A stretch of 42,091 nucleotides of DNA from assembly GCA_944325045.1 (NCBI GenBank), contig CALUYR010000309.1:1-42091 (forward strand), given 5' to 3'. The notes beneath the pieces were generated by a model, which was given only the letters and a program-made list of their open reading frames with translations, was not told the origin of the DNA and searched no databases. The position numbers were made by a program, and so were the translations under genes. This stretch comes from Candidatus Gastranaerophilales bacterium. Lineage in GTDB: Bacteria; Cyanobacteriota; Vampirovibrionia; Gastranaerophilales; Gastranaerophilaceae. Positions 30,228-40,393 of the stretch are shown here, in pieces (positions within the stretch are counted from its first letter, which is position 1; every line of letters starts with the position of its first letter).

Positions 30228-32820
30228 TGAAGTTGTACGGAATTTTGTAGGCGGTGAACTATGCCCTTCTGTATCTGCAAGAAGTGATATTAAAGTATAT
30301 TCTAATGGCTGTGAAAGATTAGAAAATTTCTTGCTGGAAACTACAGGACCTGTAAAATATCGTACCGGTACTGTGTTTGTAAACCCTACCCGTAGAAATG
30401 CTTTAGCAAGATTCATACCGTTTCAGTTTTCTGATTCTCAATCCTACCTAATTGAATGTACACCGGGATATTTTAGGTTTTATAAGGATAACGGTATTAT
30501 CGTTGATTCCAGAGAAAAAACGATAACCGGAATAACGGCAGCGTCTCCGGCCGTTGTTACTTCTAATTCTCATGGTTTTGTTAATGATGAGATTGTTTAT
30601 ATCAGCGGCATAAAGGGTACTATTTCAGAGGTTATAACGGACGGATATTATAAAGTTAAATCCGTTCAAACAAATACTTTTGCTTTATATTCTCTTGACG
30701 ATACCGCAATTGATACAACTGATAAGGAGTATAAATCTGACGGAAGTATAGAGAAAACGATAACCGGAATAACAGCAGCGTCTCCGGCTGTCGTTACGAT
30801 TAAAAATCACGGTTTAGAAAACGAAGACGAGGTCTTCCTTAATGATGTTGTTGGTATGGAGGTGCTTAATAGCAAATCATTTATAGTTAAAAACGTTACT
30901 ACCGATACCTTTGAACTGTATAACGATGAAGACGAAGCTATCGATACTACAAGTCTTTTATATATTTCAGGCGGACGTATTTCTAAGATAGTTGAAATAG
31001 AGACACCGTATAAAGATGTTGAGGGTTTAACCGATGAAGAGATTATGTCGTATTTACATAAAATCCAATACACTCAAAATACAGATACGGCGTATATCGT
31101 TCATAATCAATACGAGCCTCGTAAATTGACACGTTCTTCTCATACGGATTGGTCCTTTGCGGAATTTGAGAGGACAAGCGACTACATGACGGAAAAAGGA
31201 AAATACCCTAGCTCCGTAGCTTTTGACGGAGCCGGGCGTATTATATATGCGGGTTTTGAAAATGAGCCGGATTTAATCCTTATGAGCAGAGGCCCGGACG
31301 AGAAGGACGGCACACCTCGCTATGATGACTTTACTACAGGAACATTAGCAAATGACGCTATTAAGATGTACCTTGCTTCAATGAACGGTAAGAGTACCAT
31401 TATTAAATGGTTAGCAGCTAATAACAGATATTTTATCGTAGGTACAGAAGGCGGGCTTTTAAGAATAGTAAGTTCGGACGGTTCAGATACTGCGTTTAGT
31501 GCGGAATCCGTACCAATGGCGCGCCCGATTGATTCTTCCGGCTGTGCTAATATAAGACCTGTTCCTAAAGGGAATTTGCTTTTTTATTTGCAGAAAGAGG
31601 GCTTAATATTACGCGGTCTTGAATATGATCTTGTTTATGATTCCTATAAATCTGTCGACAAGAATTTAGTATCTGATAGGATTACTTCCGGCGGTTGCCG
31701 TGAGATTGTTTTCCAACAAGGACGTCCGGATATTTTCTGGATCCCTAAAAAGAACGGACAGTTAATAGGTTTAACATATCATGAAACCGAAGACGTTGCA
31801 GGTTGGCATAGAACCATTTTAGGTGGTTCCGGTAAAGTTATAAGCGCCGGAATAATGCCAAGAGCTAATAACTATGATCAACTATGGTTAGTTGTTGAAA
31901 GAGTTATAAACGGTAAAACTAAGAGATACGTAGAGTATGTATCTGATTATATTGAATTCGTTACCGAAGAAGATTTTTACACAGATGAGCTAACGAAAAA
32001 TGAGGACAAAGAACGGTATCAGAATGATTTATACGAAAGACAAAAATTAGAAAAGCACCTTGATTGCTGCATGAGTTATGACGGCAGTCAATTAGGGGTA
32101 TCTTTAAATGCTACTATTACTATTCAAAAGATTTCAAGATCAGAAAATAACCTAGCTTATTTTAATTCGGACGTGGATATATTTAATGATAATGATCTTG
32201 ATAGGCAGATCTGGCGATTGCATAAAGAGGGTATTGGTTCCGGCCGTGCGAAAATTGTTGAGTTTATTAACGCAAAGCAAGTAAAGTGCAAGATTTTAAA
32301 AGAGTTTGATATAGATACAATGGCACCGGGAATATGGACGCTTACAACGGCAAACATTAGCGGTTTAGAACATTTAGAAGGTGAGACCGTTTCAGTTGTT
32401 GCTGACGGGGCAGTACACCCGGATTGCGTTGTAGAAAACGGGGCTATTGAACTTAGGACACAGGCCGATGTTATCCATATCGGTTATGGCTATCGAGGAA
32501 TGATAAAAACAATGAATTTGAATGTAGGGGGAACTACAGGAAGTGCACAGAATAAAGCACGGAATGTGTATAAGGTTGTATTTGAGTTTTTAAATTCTTT
32601 GGGCGTAAAGTTTGGGACAGGTTTGTATAACTTAAATAAATTAGATTTTAGGGATATAGACAGTAAAACGAATAGACCTACAGCGCTATTCTCCGGTGAA
32701 AAATCACAGGTTTATGATGATAAGACACAAAAAAGAAAACATGTCTATGTTGTACAAGATAGCCCTTTACCTTGTACTATTCAGGCACTCGATATTTATA
32801 TGGAGGTTGTAGATGACTAA
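30214..32820 (+). CDS. Large tail tubular/nozzle (stabilisation-type) protein with two tandem ~79-aa insert domains
   Basis: RBS gaggagga precedes ATG 30214. The N-terminus is MPLVNEVVRNFVGGEL...YRTGT. A duplicated EKTITGITAASPAVVT... domain is present. Confidence 0.6.
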   Translation: MPLVNEVVRNFVGGELCPSVSARSDIKVYSNGCERLENFLLETTGPVKYRTGTVFVNPTRRNALARFIPFQFSDSQSYLIECTPGYFRFYKDNGIIVDSREKTITGITAASPAVVTSNSHGFVNDEIVYISGIKGTISEVITDGYYKVKSVQTNTFALYSLDDTAIDTTDKEYKSDGSIEKTITGITAASPAVVTIKNHGLENEDEVFLNDVVGMEVLNSKSFIVKNVTTDTFELYNDEDEAIDTTSLLYISGGRISKIVEIETPYKDVEGLTDEEIMSYLHKIQYTQNTDTAYIVHNQYEPRKLTRSSHTDWSFAEFERTSDYMTEKGKYPSSVAFDGAGRIIYAGFENEPDLILMSRGPDEKDGTPRYDDFTTGTLANDAIKMYLASMNGKSTIIKWLAANNRYFIVGTEGGLLRIVSSDGSDTAFSAESVPMARPIDSSGCANIRPVPKGNLLFYLQKEGLILRGLEYDLVYDSYKSVDKNLVSDRITSGGCREIVFQQGRPDIFWIPKKNGQLIGLTYHETEDVAGWHRTILGGSGKVISAGIMPRANNYDQLWLVVERVINGKTKRYVEYVSDYIEFVTEEDFYTDELTKNEDKERYQNDLYERQKLEKHLDCCMSYDGSQLGVSLNATITIQKISRSENNLAYFNSDVDIFNDNDLDRQIWRLHKEGIGSGRAKIVEFINAKQVKCKILKEFDIDTMAPGIWTLTTANISGLEHLEGETVSVVADGAVHPDCVVENGAIELRTQADVIHIGYGYRGMIKTMNLNVGGTTGSAQNKARNVYKVVFEFLNSLGVKFGTGLYNLNKLDFRDIDSKTNRPTALFSGEKSQVYDDKTQKRKHVYVVQDSPLPCTIQALDIYMEVVDD
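30514..30797 (+). repeat. Direct repeat within the tail gene: ~47-nt cores at 30514-30560 and 30751-30797, 237 nt apart
   Basis: gaaaaaacgataaccggaataacggcagcgtctccggccgttgttac versus gagaaaacgataaccggaataacagcagcgtctccggctgtcgttac, with 4 mismatches. Confidence 0.9.
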
Positions 32821-33250
32821 AGTTATTCCTTTTAAAATCGAACACGTTGAATGCATGGAGATCCGGGAATACGAAAGTATGACAACTATAAATCTTGAAA
32901 ACTGGGGGTTTGCTTTAAAAAAATTCGAGCAGAGCAAGACATGCGGAACAATACTCCATGACGGAAGAATACTCGCTGTTATGGGCTATTACGAATTATG
33001 GCCCGGCGTTTGTGAATTGTTTGTTTTGCCTTCAAAATATCTTCCGGAATATCCGATACAATTTGCTCGATGTGTTAAACGAACGCTTAACTCCGGCATT
33101 TTTAAAGAATATCATAGGATACAAATACATGCATTAGATGACGATTTGCATAATCGTTGGTTATCGTTTTTAAAGTTTAGTTTAGAGGGAATTCTCAAAA
33201 AGTATGATTCCAAAGGAAACGATTATAAAATCTGGGCGAGGTATAGTTAA
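32813..33250 (+). CDS. Hypothetical virion-module protein
   Basis: RBS ggagg is present. 145-aa ORF. Confidence 0.55.
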   Translation: MTKVIPFKIEHVECMEIREYESMTTINLENWGFALKKFEQSKTCGTILHDGRILAVMGYYELWPGVCELFVLPSKYLPEYPIQFARCVKRTLNSGIFKEYHRIQIHALDDDLHNRWLSFLKFSLEGILKKYDSKGNDYKIWARYS

Positions 33251-33825
33251 TGGCAACAGGAGCATTAGTAGCATTTACAGCACTTTCCGCAGGTGCGTCA
33301 ATAGTTAAAGGGATACAAGCAAATTCCGCTTATTCCGATCAAGGTATTGCCCTAATGAAACAGGCGCAAATAGCGCAACAAGAGAGCGAATATGCAGCCT
33401 TGCAAAAACAAAGAGAAGTTGATAAAACGGCAGCACGGCAAGTAATGGCCATGGCGAAAAATGGAGTTGTTACAAGTGCCGGTTCTCCTCTCGAAATTCT
33501 GTACGAAACAATGACACTCGGACAACAAGAAGTTGACGCTATCCGTAGACAAGGAGCAGCACAAGCCGATTTATACAGGACAAATGCTAATACCGCATTT
33601 AATAATGGGCGTTCCTCTTTATTTGGCGGAGCAGCTGACGCATTAACTACAATAGGGACTACTATTGCCGGCGGTGCAGCTAACGGCTTATGGGGTAGCG
33701 GTAGCAACGCTGCTGGTTCTTCCGCTAATGGTGTAGCTACAGGTTGGACGCCTAGTATTACCGGCAGCAGTTCTACTACCGCGTCCGGCTATTCGGGCAC
33801 GTTACCAAGTATAGGAGGGTTGTAA
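33250..33825 (+). CDS. Gly/Ala/Ser-rich putative internal virion protein
   Basis: Coupled starts. The C-terminal half is low-complexity and G/A/S-rich. Confidence 0.55.
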   Translation: MATGALVAFTALSAGASIVKGIQANSAYSDQGIALMKQAQIAQQESEYAALQKQREVDKTAARQVMAMAKNGVVTSAGSPLEILYETMTLGQQEVDAIRRQGAAQADLYRTNANTAFNNGRSSLFGGAADALTTIGTTIAGGAANGLWGSGSNAAGSSANGVATGWTPSITGSSSTTASGYSGTLPSIGGL

Positions 33826-35402
33826 TGGCTAGAGTTCCAAGATATACGCAAGATAGATTAGCTTCATCATTAGTCGGCACGCCTAATTTAGATTTGTCAG
33901 GTTATAATCTTGCTAAAACTATTGAGGGGGATTCTCTCCAGCTTGCGCAATCTTTTAATCAATTAGCAGTAAAAAAGCAGAAAGAAATAGACGCCGCTAA
34001 TGCGAAACTCCAAAATGTTAATGATACTTTAACCGCTTATGAAAAGTCGACCGCTCTTGAAACACAGATGTGGGAGATGATTGATAAAAATAAAAGGGAA
34101 TGGATAAACGATCCTAAAAGCGGTTTAGAGATGATCCAGCGCGAAGGTTCTGCTATGATTCAACAGGGGTTAGCCGAATTTGACAATAACCCTTCTGTTA
34201 AAGAAAAAATGGCGGGAATATTAACAAACAGTTTGCGCGGCAAACTAAATGAAGTTAATTCGTGGAGAATAGCACAGGATACCGCCAATGCTAAAGTTAA
34301 GATCCAAAATACTTTTAATCAGCTTTACACTCAAGCCGCTGGAACAAGCGATTTTAACCGGGTGCAAGGTATGATAAATGCGTTTGTTGATGACGGCACG
34401 CAAGAAATGGATTTTAACAATCTAATTAATTTTACTTACGGTGCTAAAGGTCCGGAAGAGATAGAAAACGTTAAAAAGGGTATTGCAGAAGCATATATCC
34501 TCGGAATGCTAGATAGAAAAGAATGTAACCAAGCTAAGGCTATGATTGAGAGCGGAAAGCTTGACGCATACATGGATCCGGAAACTAAGCATAAATATCT
34601 CAAAATGGCAGATAGCGTTATTAAGGCAGAAGAAAAGCAAGAAAGAATGGATAACATGTTTGAGATTTTTGATATAAAACAAAACGCCGCTATTCTTGCA
34701 AATCAAGGGAAATACAGTATTTCTCAATCTATTGCGGATAATAAACGCATTGTCGCACTTGGTGGTAAACCTACAACCTCATTGACAACACAAGGGGTAA
34801 GAAGCGAAAAAATACAAACACAGCAGGCGTATAAGGCAAACCGCTCGAAAGCGTTAGAAGATATTACAAATACGCTAGGCGGTATGACTAAAAAGGGAAA
34901 ATTAGATCCAGAATTAGAACTAAAAGACATTGTCGAATTTCAGAATAAAATAGAAGCTTACCGACCGTATTTAACGGATTCCGAGTATAAAACGTATATG
35001 ACAAAAGTAAATGAACCGAAAGTTAAACGTATAAAGAAAATGGGTAAAAACATTTTCGGTATGCCTTACGGTGAAATGAGCGGCAGAGATACTTATAGCA
35101 GATCATATCTTGCTATTTATAACTTTGCGGAAAAAGCTTACGCAGGTAAAGATAATCGTTATAACGCTATTAATAACATGATTACCGATTTTGTTAGGTA
35201 TGCGGACCAGTTAGAAAATAGGCAAGGTAAGGAGATGACACAACAACAGGCGGCAAATTTATGCAACAAGGTCATTATGGATCAAAGAAGACGCTCAAAC
35301 CCTGCACTTAATAACATTCCGGAAACAGGACAAATAATGCAGGATAAAAACGGAAGAAGAGTTAAAGTCTATCCAGACGGACGATATGAGCCATTAAATT
35401 AA
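33825..35402 (+). CDS. Putative internal virion/ejection protein
   Basis: 525-aa ORF between the small internal proteins and the giant protein. Confidence 0.55.
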   Translation: MARVPRYTQDRLASSLVGTPNLDLSGYNLAKTIEGDSLQLAQSFNQLAVKKQKEIDAANAKLQNVNDTLTAYEKSTALETQMWEMIDKNKREWINDPKSGLEMIQREGSAMIQQGLAEFDNNPSVKEKMAGILTNSLRGKLNEVNSWRIAQDTANAKVKIQNTFNQLYTQAAGTSDFNRVQGMINAFVDDGTQEMDFNNLINFTYGAKGPEEIENVKKGIAEAYILGMLDRKECNQAKAMIESGKLDAYMDPETKHKYLKMADSVIKAEEKQERMDNMFEIFDIKQNAAILANQGKYSISQSIADNKRIVALGGKPTTSLTTQGVRSEKIQTQQAYKANRSKALEDITNTLGGMTKKGKLDPELELKDIVEFQNKIEAYRPYLTDSEYKTYMTKVNEPKVKRIKKMGKNIFGMPYGEMSGRDTYSRSYLAIYNFAEKAYAGKDNRYNAINNMITDFVRYADQLENRQGKEMTQQQAANLCNKVIMDQRRRSNPALNNIPETGQIMQDKNGRRVKVYPDGRYEPLN

Positions 35403-35410
35403 GAGGGACT

Positions 35411-38400
35411 ATGAACGAAGATATACAATTAGAAAATATGGACGTAAATATAGGGGAGCTAAGTGTTGCAAGTGAGCAGCTTCCGCCATTACCGCAGACG
35501 CAGCCGGAATATAATGAAGACGTTTATTACAATGCTTCTTCTCAAAATTCTACGGCGGAGTTCAACACGGATAACAGCGGTAATGTTCAAAATTATGATG
35601 ATTCTATAGACTGGGGTAGTTTACAGCCTGTTGATGAGAGCGGATATACTACTCCGGATACCCCGGATTTTGAAAGTCTTACACCTTATGATGTTACTGC
35701 TAAACCGGCTTCTGTATGGGACGAAGCCGCCGTTAAAATGGATATGGGGAATCTTACTAATTATCGAGCAACTTTAGGGCGTGAGGTAATGAGCGGTAAA
35801 ATAACGGTTGAAGAGGCACAAGCCCGCACATTTGGCAGGCACCAAGAGATTTTAAACAAATACGGTATTTCAGAAGTTCCGGAGTTTTCATTTGCTAAAT
35901 TTAGGTCTGATCCTTTAAGAACGGTTATAGGGGAAACCGCACAGATGTTACCTTTTTATGGTAAAGGTTTAGCAGAGGGGGCAAAGTACGCGGCGGTATT
36001 AGGCCCAGCCACAGCATGGGTAAGAGGGAAACAAGCGCAAGTCGCCGGTGCGGTAGCCGGAACAGCAGTAGAGCCGGGCGGTGGTACTCTTGCCGGGGCT
36101 GCCGGCGGTAGAACTGTTGGTACAATAGGTGGGCTTATAGAAGGTATTTCAAACGGAATGCTTATCGGTACGTTTGTTACGTCTATGGACGTTGAAGGTT
36201 CTAACCTCTATCTTGATTTACGAGAAAAAGGTATTGAACATAAAACCGCTATGGCAGCAGGATTATCCGGCGGATTGCTTGACGGTATTTTAGAAACGGC
36301 CAGCTTTGGGTTTATGACTGCCCCAATTAAAGGAGCAGCTAAAAAAGCAGCGGCTAAGATGTTATGGGACGGTATGAAAAAAAGTCCTGTTATGCAAAAA
36401 GCTTTTAAAAGCGCCGTCACTAAATGCGCTACAGAATACTTTAAGCGCGTTGGTATGGAAACCAGTACCGAAATGATACAAGACGTTGTAAACAATACAA
36501 TGACGCTTCTCGCTGCGCAGGCTGATAGTGTTGATAGTGCTAAACCAACCGCCGAGGATTGGAAAAAAATTATAACGCAAACCGGACCGCAGACAGCCGC
36601 TGCCATGTTATTAATGGGCGCAGTCGGTACACCTTTTGATGTAATGAATGCAAATGTCGGCAGTGTTAAAAGTAACGGTGCCGGTGAGATAGGAACTACA
36701 GCCGAGATAGAACAAAACATTTCTAATCTTGCAGAAGGACAACAAGTTACTACAGGCGGATTTGTTTTAGAAGGGCAAATCTCTTATGATTCTGTTGCAG
36801 AAGGGGAATCGACTATTGCTGAATTAGAAGCAGAATTAGGAGAAAGCCAAAATAAAATAAATGACATGAACAAAGAAATTAGCCGTTTGGAGAAAAAAGG
36901 GAATTTAACAGAACAGGAAACGGCGGATTTAAACGCTTATAGAGATGAAGTCAAGTATGAAACAGACTATCAAAAATTAATCCGGGAAGAGATTGAAAAC
37001 ACTTCATCTAAAATGTCTGAAACAGAAAACAGGCAATCACGTAAGCAAGAGCTTACCGAAAAAGGTAAAAAAGAAAAATTATCAGCGGAGGAGTTACAAG
37101 AGCTTAATGATATTTGGATAGAAGAAGAAAGAGCGAAGGGCGAGCAAGAAATTAATGAGCGCACGCAGAAAGCCCGTGAACGAGAGTTAAATAAAAATAT
37201 AAGAGATTTGGACGCAGAGATAGAAAAGTCTCAAAAAAAAGAGGACAGAGCGCGGGAAAATCGCAATAAAATCGAAAGTCAACAAGACGAAAACAATGCG
37301 AAAATTTCAGCACTTGAAAAAGAAAACGCCGAAATTGAAGCAGCGTTAAAAGATACCGATATAGAGAGCGATGTTGCAGAAATGAAAACAACGCTTTCTA
37401 AAAATCGTGAACAGATTGCGGACCTAAAACGAAATAACGCAGCACTGGAAAAGCAAAGAATTAAGTATAACGCCGATATTGAAAATGCTATGAAAGAGAC
37501 GGACACTCTTGCAGAGCAGAGAAGCGCACTAAATGAAGAACGCGCGCAATTAAGCGAAGGTGTTATAAACGAAAACGGTAAGGTTGATATTACGGCCGGA
37601 GGATATAAAAACGCACAATTAAGCGCATTATCCTCTAAATTAAAGGCTATGCAAGCCGGAATAAAAAGAGGTGTTCGTATGACACGCAGAGAAATACGAG
37701 ACATTCAAAACTCTGCCATTGGTTTAATCCGTAACTCATCAATGAGTGATAAGGATAAGACTAAATTCCTTACGACAATAAGGGATTTAAACAGTCGTGA
37801 TAAGTTCAATAAAGCGTTACCGGAATTGATAAATAAAATATCCGAAATGGAGGACAGGCACAATAAACGGCAATTACTTAATTATATGGGTAAGCTGATT
37901 AAAAAAGCCGCACCAAAAAAAGGAGGGAAAAACCCGGTAGGTAAATATAACGCCGATATTCAATCCATTTTAGATGATATAACAGAAGCAAGTAAGCTTA
38001 CGCAAGAGCAGGCGTTTGCAGAAATTGAACGTATTTTTGATAATGCAGGGGAGAACACTTTAACAGATGAACAAACCCAAAAAATTAGGATACTGTTTAA
38101 TTATGGCGGTTTAAAGGATAAATCTGTTTCAGAGTTATTAAATAATGCACGAGCCTTACGAATGCTACTAGAAGACGGTAAGATAGCCGGACAATTCAGA
38201 GAAGCAGCTAAAAAAGCACATAAAGAACAGATTTTAAAAGAAGCTAAAGAATCTATCATAGGCGATACATTACCTACTGGAAATAGAAAATTGGATATTA
38301 AAAACGATATAAAACAGTTTTTTAGAACTGCCGGAGCTAACAGCGATAGCTGGGCAGGGCTTATGAATATCGCCAGCTTACATGATAAAGATAGACGCCT

Positions 38401-40387
38401 TGCAAAAATACTTGACGTATTCCCGGCAAAAATGAAACGCATATCCGGAGAGATAACCCAGTTTGATAAATTTGCTAAAAGTGCTATGGAAGCGCTTAAC
38501 TGTAAGAATACCAGAGATTTTAATACTAGAGTAAAAAGGGATACCGTTATTGAGGATATAGGGTATTATACAGACCAAAACGGCAATCAAGTGATGTTGC
38601 AAGCAAGCCGCGCAGAAGCGCGTAAGCTATACATGGAGATGTTGGATCCAACGCTCGAAGACACTTTAAAAAATAAAAACCTATATACTTTTAAAAGTGA
38701 TGTTGAGGGTGTTAATAACGGCGTGCAAGGTAACAGAGAACTGGATTTATTGTTTGGCGAAAACGCAACAAGAGATCGGAAGTTTACCATTACTGATAAA
38801 TCAACGCAGGAATTGCTCGAAGAGTTTTTAACTGATGAGGACTTTGCACTTATAGATGTAGAGCTGCAATTCTACCGTGATTATCATAAACGTCTCAATG
38901 CTTTTTACAGAGAGAAATACGGTATAGACATGCCGTATAATGATTTTTATTCTCCTATTGCAAGGAAAACAGACGGAGGAGACAGGACAGGTGATTGGAT
39001 AAATCAAAGTACATATCAAAAAAGCATGGTGCCTAGTAACTTTAGAAGCCGCAGGAATGCGGATAGACCGCTAGCATTTCTTAACGATATAGCCGTTATG
39101 CAAGAGCATATCGCTAACAGTGAGCATTTTATGGCTATGGATTCCTTCGTTACTGACGCGGATAACATATTTAAAAACTATGAAATCAGAGAGATCATAA
39201 AAGATAAATACGGCAGAAAATTCCTGCAATTAATAGACCAACAGCTTACGGATATTAAAAATGACGGCGTACAATCAACACGCCCGGAATTAGGTATAAT
39301 ATCTAAAATGCGTAACCTGTTTACGTCTGCGGCTTTAGGTGCTAAGGTAAAAATCTTTTTAACCCAGACTACAGCTATAGGAGTATTCGCTGACGCTATC
39401 CCTACAACTGATTTTGTAAAAGGCTTATCCGATTTTATTGCGCACCCTGTAAACGCTACAAAGATATTATCAGAATCGTATTTGCTAAAAGACAGGGCTA
39501 ACTCCATAAACATGGAGATTAAGGATATTGTCAGATCGCAAGAGTATCAAGCAATTACACGATATAAAGATTTTAGACAGTATTTGTATTTCTTCACGCA
39601 AATGGGCGATAAATGGAGTATTATTGCCGGGGGTTGGACGGTGTACAAATCGGTTTACGATAAGACCGGCGATAGTAAGGCAGCTATGGAAGCCTTTGAA
39701 CGTGCCGTTGATAGGTATCAGCAATCCGGACATGTAGACCAATTAAGTGCATGGCAGCGCGGAAATGCTTTACAAAAATGTTTTGTAATGTTCATGTCCG
39801 ATCAGATGAAACAGATGAGGGCAGAGATTCATGCAGTGCGTGACGCAATAATTTTTAACGATAGGGAGCATATTGCGGCAGCGGCTAAGACTGTTGTAAT
39901 CATGCATTTTATTTTACCGAATCTGGTTCAGTATATAGCTAATGGTTTTGCATGGGACGATGAGGACCAATTAAAGGCAACGATATTAGGACCATTTACT
40001 GCCACTGCTGTAGTCGGTCAGATTTTATCTGCCGGCGTAAGTCTCGCTATGAAAGCATGGGGTAATATGATTGATACAGATCGGTTCAAAGATATAGACG
40101 CTTTTGAGGGTTTAGATATGACTATCTTTGGACCGTTTAATAAATTAAAAGATCATATTAGTAAGCTATTAAATTCTGATGATATTACCGGTGAGGATTT
40201 AATGGAAACGTTGTTGAAAGTCGGTAGAGATACTATAGGGCCGTACACAGGATTACCGATTAAGTATGTAAGTGATGTCTTTATGAAAACACCAGAATAC
40301 AGAGACGAAGGACAAGCGTTGAATATGATTAAGTTATGGCTAGGTATAAGCCCGTATATTATAGAAAACAAAGGACAGGAGGATTAA
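35411..40387 (+). CDS. Giant (1658-aa) putative internal virion/DNA-ejection protein with Gly-rich hydrophobic segments and a long coiled coil
   Basis: Size and position match podovirus core/ejection proteins. Roughly aa 470-760 is E/K/N/Q-rich and heptad-like. Confidence 0.6.
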   Translation: MNEDIQLENMDVNIGELSVASEQLPPLPQTQPEYNEDVYYNASSQNSTAEFNTDNSGNVQNYDDSIDWGSLQPVDESGYTTPDTPDFESLTPYDVTAKPASVWDEAAVKMDMGNLTNYRATLGREVMSGKITVEEAQARTFGRHQEILNKYGISEVPEFSFAKFRSDPLRTVIGETAQMLPFYGKGLAEGAKYAAVLGPATAWVRGKQAQVAGAVAGTAVEPGGGTLAGAAGGRTVGTIGGLIEGISNGMLIGTFVTSMDVEGSNLYLDLREKGIEHKTAMAAGLSGGLLDGILETASFGFMTAPIKGAAKKAAAKMLWDGMKKSPVMQKAFKSAVTKCATEYFKRVGMETSTEMIQDVVNNTMTLLAAQADSVDSAKPTAEDWKKIITQTGPQTAAAMLLMGAVGTPFDVMNANVGSVKSNGAGEIGTTAEIEQNISNLAEGQQVTTGGFVLEGQISYDSVAEGESTIAELEAELGESQNKINDMNKEISRLEKKGNLTEQETADLNAYRDEVKYETDYQKLIREEIENTSSKMSETENRQSRKQELTEKGKKEKLSAEELQELNDIWIEEERAKGEQEINERTQKARERELNKNIRDLDAEIEKSQKKEDRARENRNKIESQQDENNAKISALEKENAEIEAALKDTDIESDVAEMKTTLSKNREQIADLKRNNAALEKQRIKYNADIENAMKETDTLAEQRSALNEERAQLSEGVINENGKVDITAGGYKNAQLSALSSKLKAMQAGIKRGVRMTRREIRDIQNSAIGLIRNSSMSDKDKTKFLTTIRDLNSRDKFNKALPELINKISEMEDRHNKRQLLNYMGKLIKKAAPKKGGKNPVGKYNADIQSILDDITEASKLTQEQAFAEIERIFDNAGENTLTDEQTQKIRILFNYGGLKDKSVSELLNNARALRMLLEDGKIAGQFREAAKKAHKEQILKEAKESIIGDTLPTGNRKLDIKNDIKQFFRTAGANSDSWAGLMNIASLHDKDRRLAKILDVFPAKMKRISGEITQFDKFAKSAMEALNCKNTRDFNTRVKRDTVIEDIGYYTDQNGNQVMLQASRAEARKLYMEMLDPTLEDTLKNKNLYTFKSDVEGVNNGVQGNRELDLLFGENATRDRKFTITDKSTQELLEEFLTDEDFALIDVELQFYRDYHKRLNAFYREKYGIDMPYNDFYSPIARKTDGGDRTGDWINQSTYQKSMVPSNFRSRRNADRPLAFLNDIAVMQEHIANSEHFMAMDSFVTDADNIFKNYEIREIIKDKYGRKFLQLIDQQLTDIKNDGVQSTRPELGIISKMRNLFTSAALGAKVKIFLTQTTAIGVFADAIPTTDFVKGLSDFIAHPVNATKILSESYLLKDRANSINMEIKDIVRSQEYQAITRYKDFRQYLYFFTQMGDKWSIIAGGWTVYKSVYDKTGDSKAAMEAFERAVDRYQQSGHVDQLSAWQRGNALQKCFVMFMSDQMKQMRAEIHAVRDAIIFNDREHIAAAAKTVVIMHFILPNLVQYIANGFAWDDEDQLKATILGPFTATAVVGQILSAGVSLAMKAWGNMIDTDRFKDIDAFEGLDMTIFGPFNKLKDHISKLLNSDDITGEDLMETLLKVGRDTIGPYTGLPIKYVSDVFMKTPEYRDEGQALNMIKLWLGISPYIIENKGQED

Positions 40388-40393
40388 AACGAC

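Noticed and set aside
30514-30797. Direct repeat in the tail gene, considered as a second TR/VR pair.
   Set aside because: The four mismatches are A>G, G>A, C>T and T>C, so they are not adenine-specific. Both copies are in frame in one gene, and the copies diverge as whole protein domains. It is a domain duplication.
1717-34945. Partial intragenic matches to the leader motif (agtcgaacaag ~1722, aatcgaacacg ~32836, attgtcgaatttcag ~34929).
   Set aside because: Only the core 8-10 nt match, they lack the A-rich tail, and no RBS or start follows. They are counted as chance occurrences.
35925-39742. Numerous minus-strand ORFs (e.g. 36208-36720, 37279-37704, 38101-38442, 39178-39513) inside the 1658-aa gene.
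   Set aside because: They are embedded antisense in a long ORF with a good RBS, have low-complexity composition (Ser/Phe/Ile/Ala-rich) and lack RBSs. They are typical shadow ORFs.
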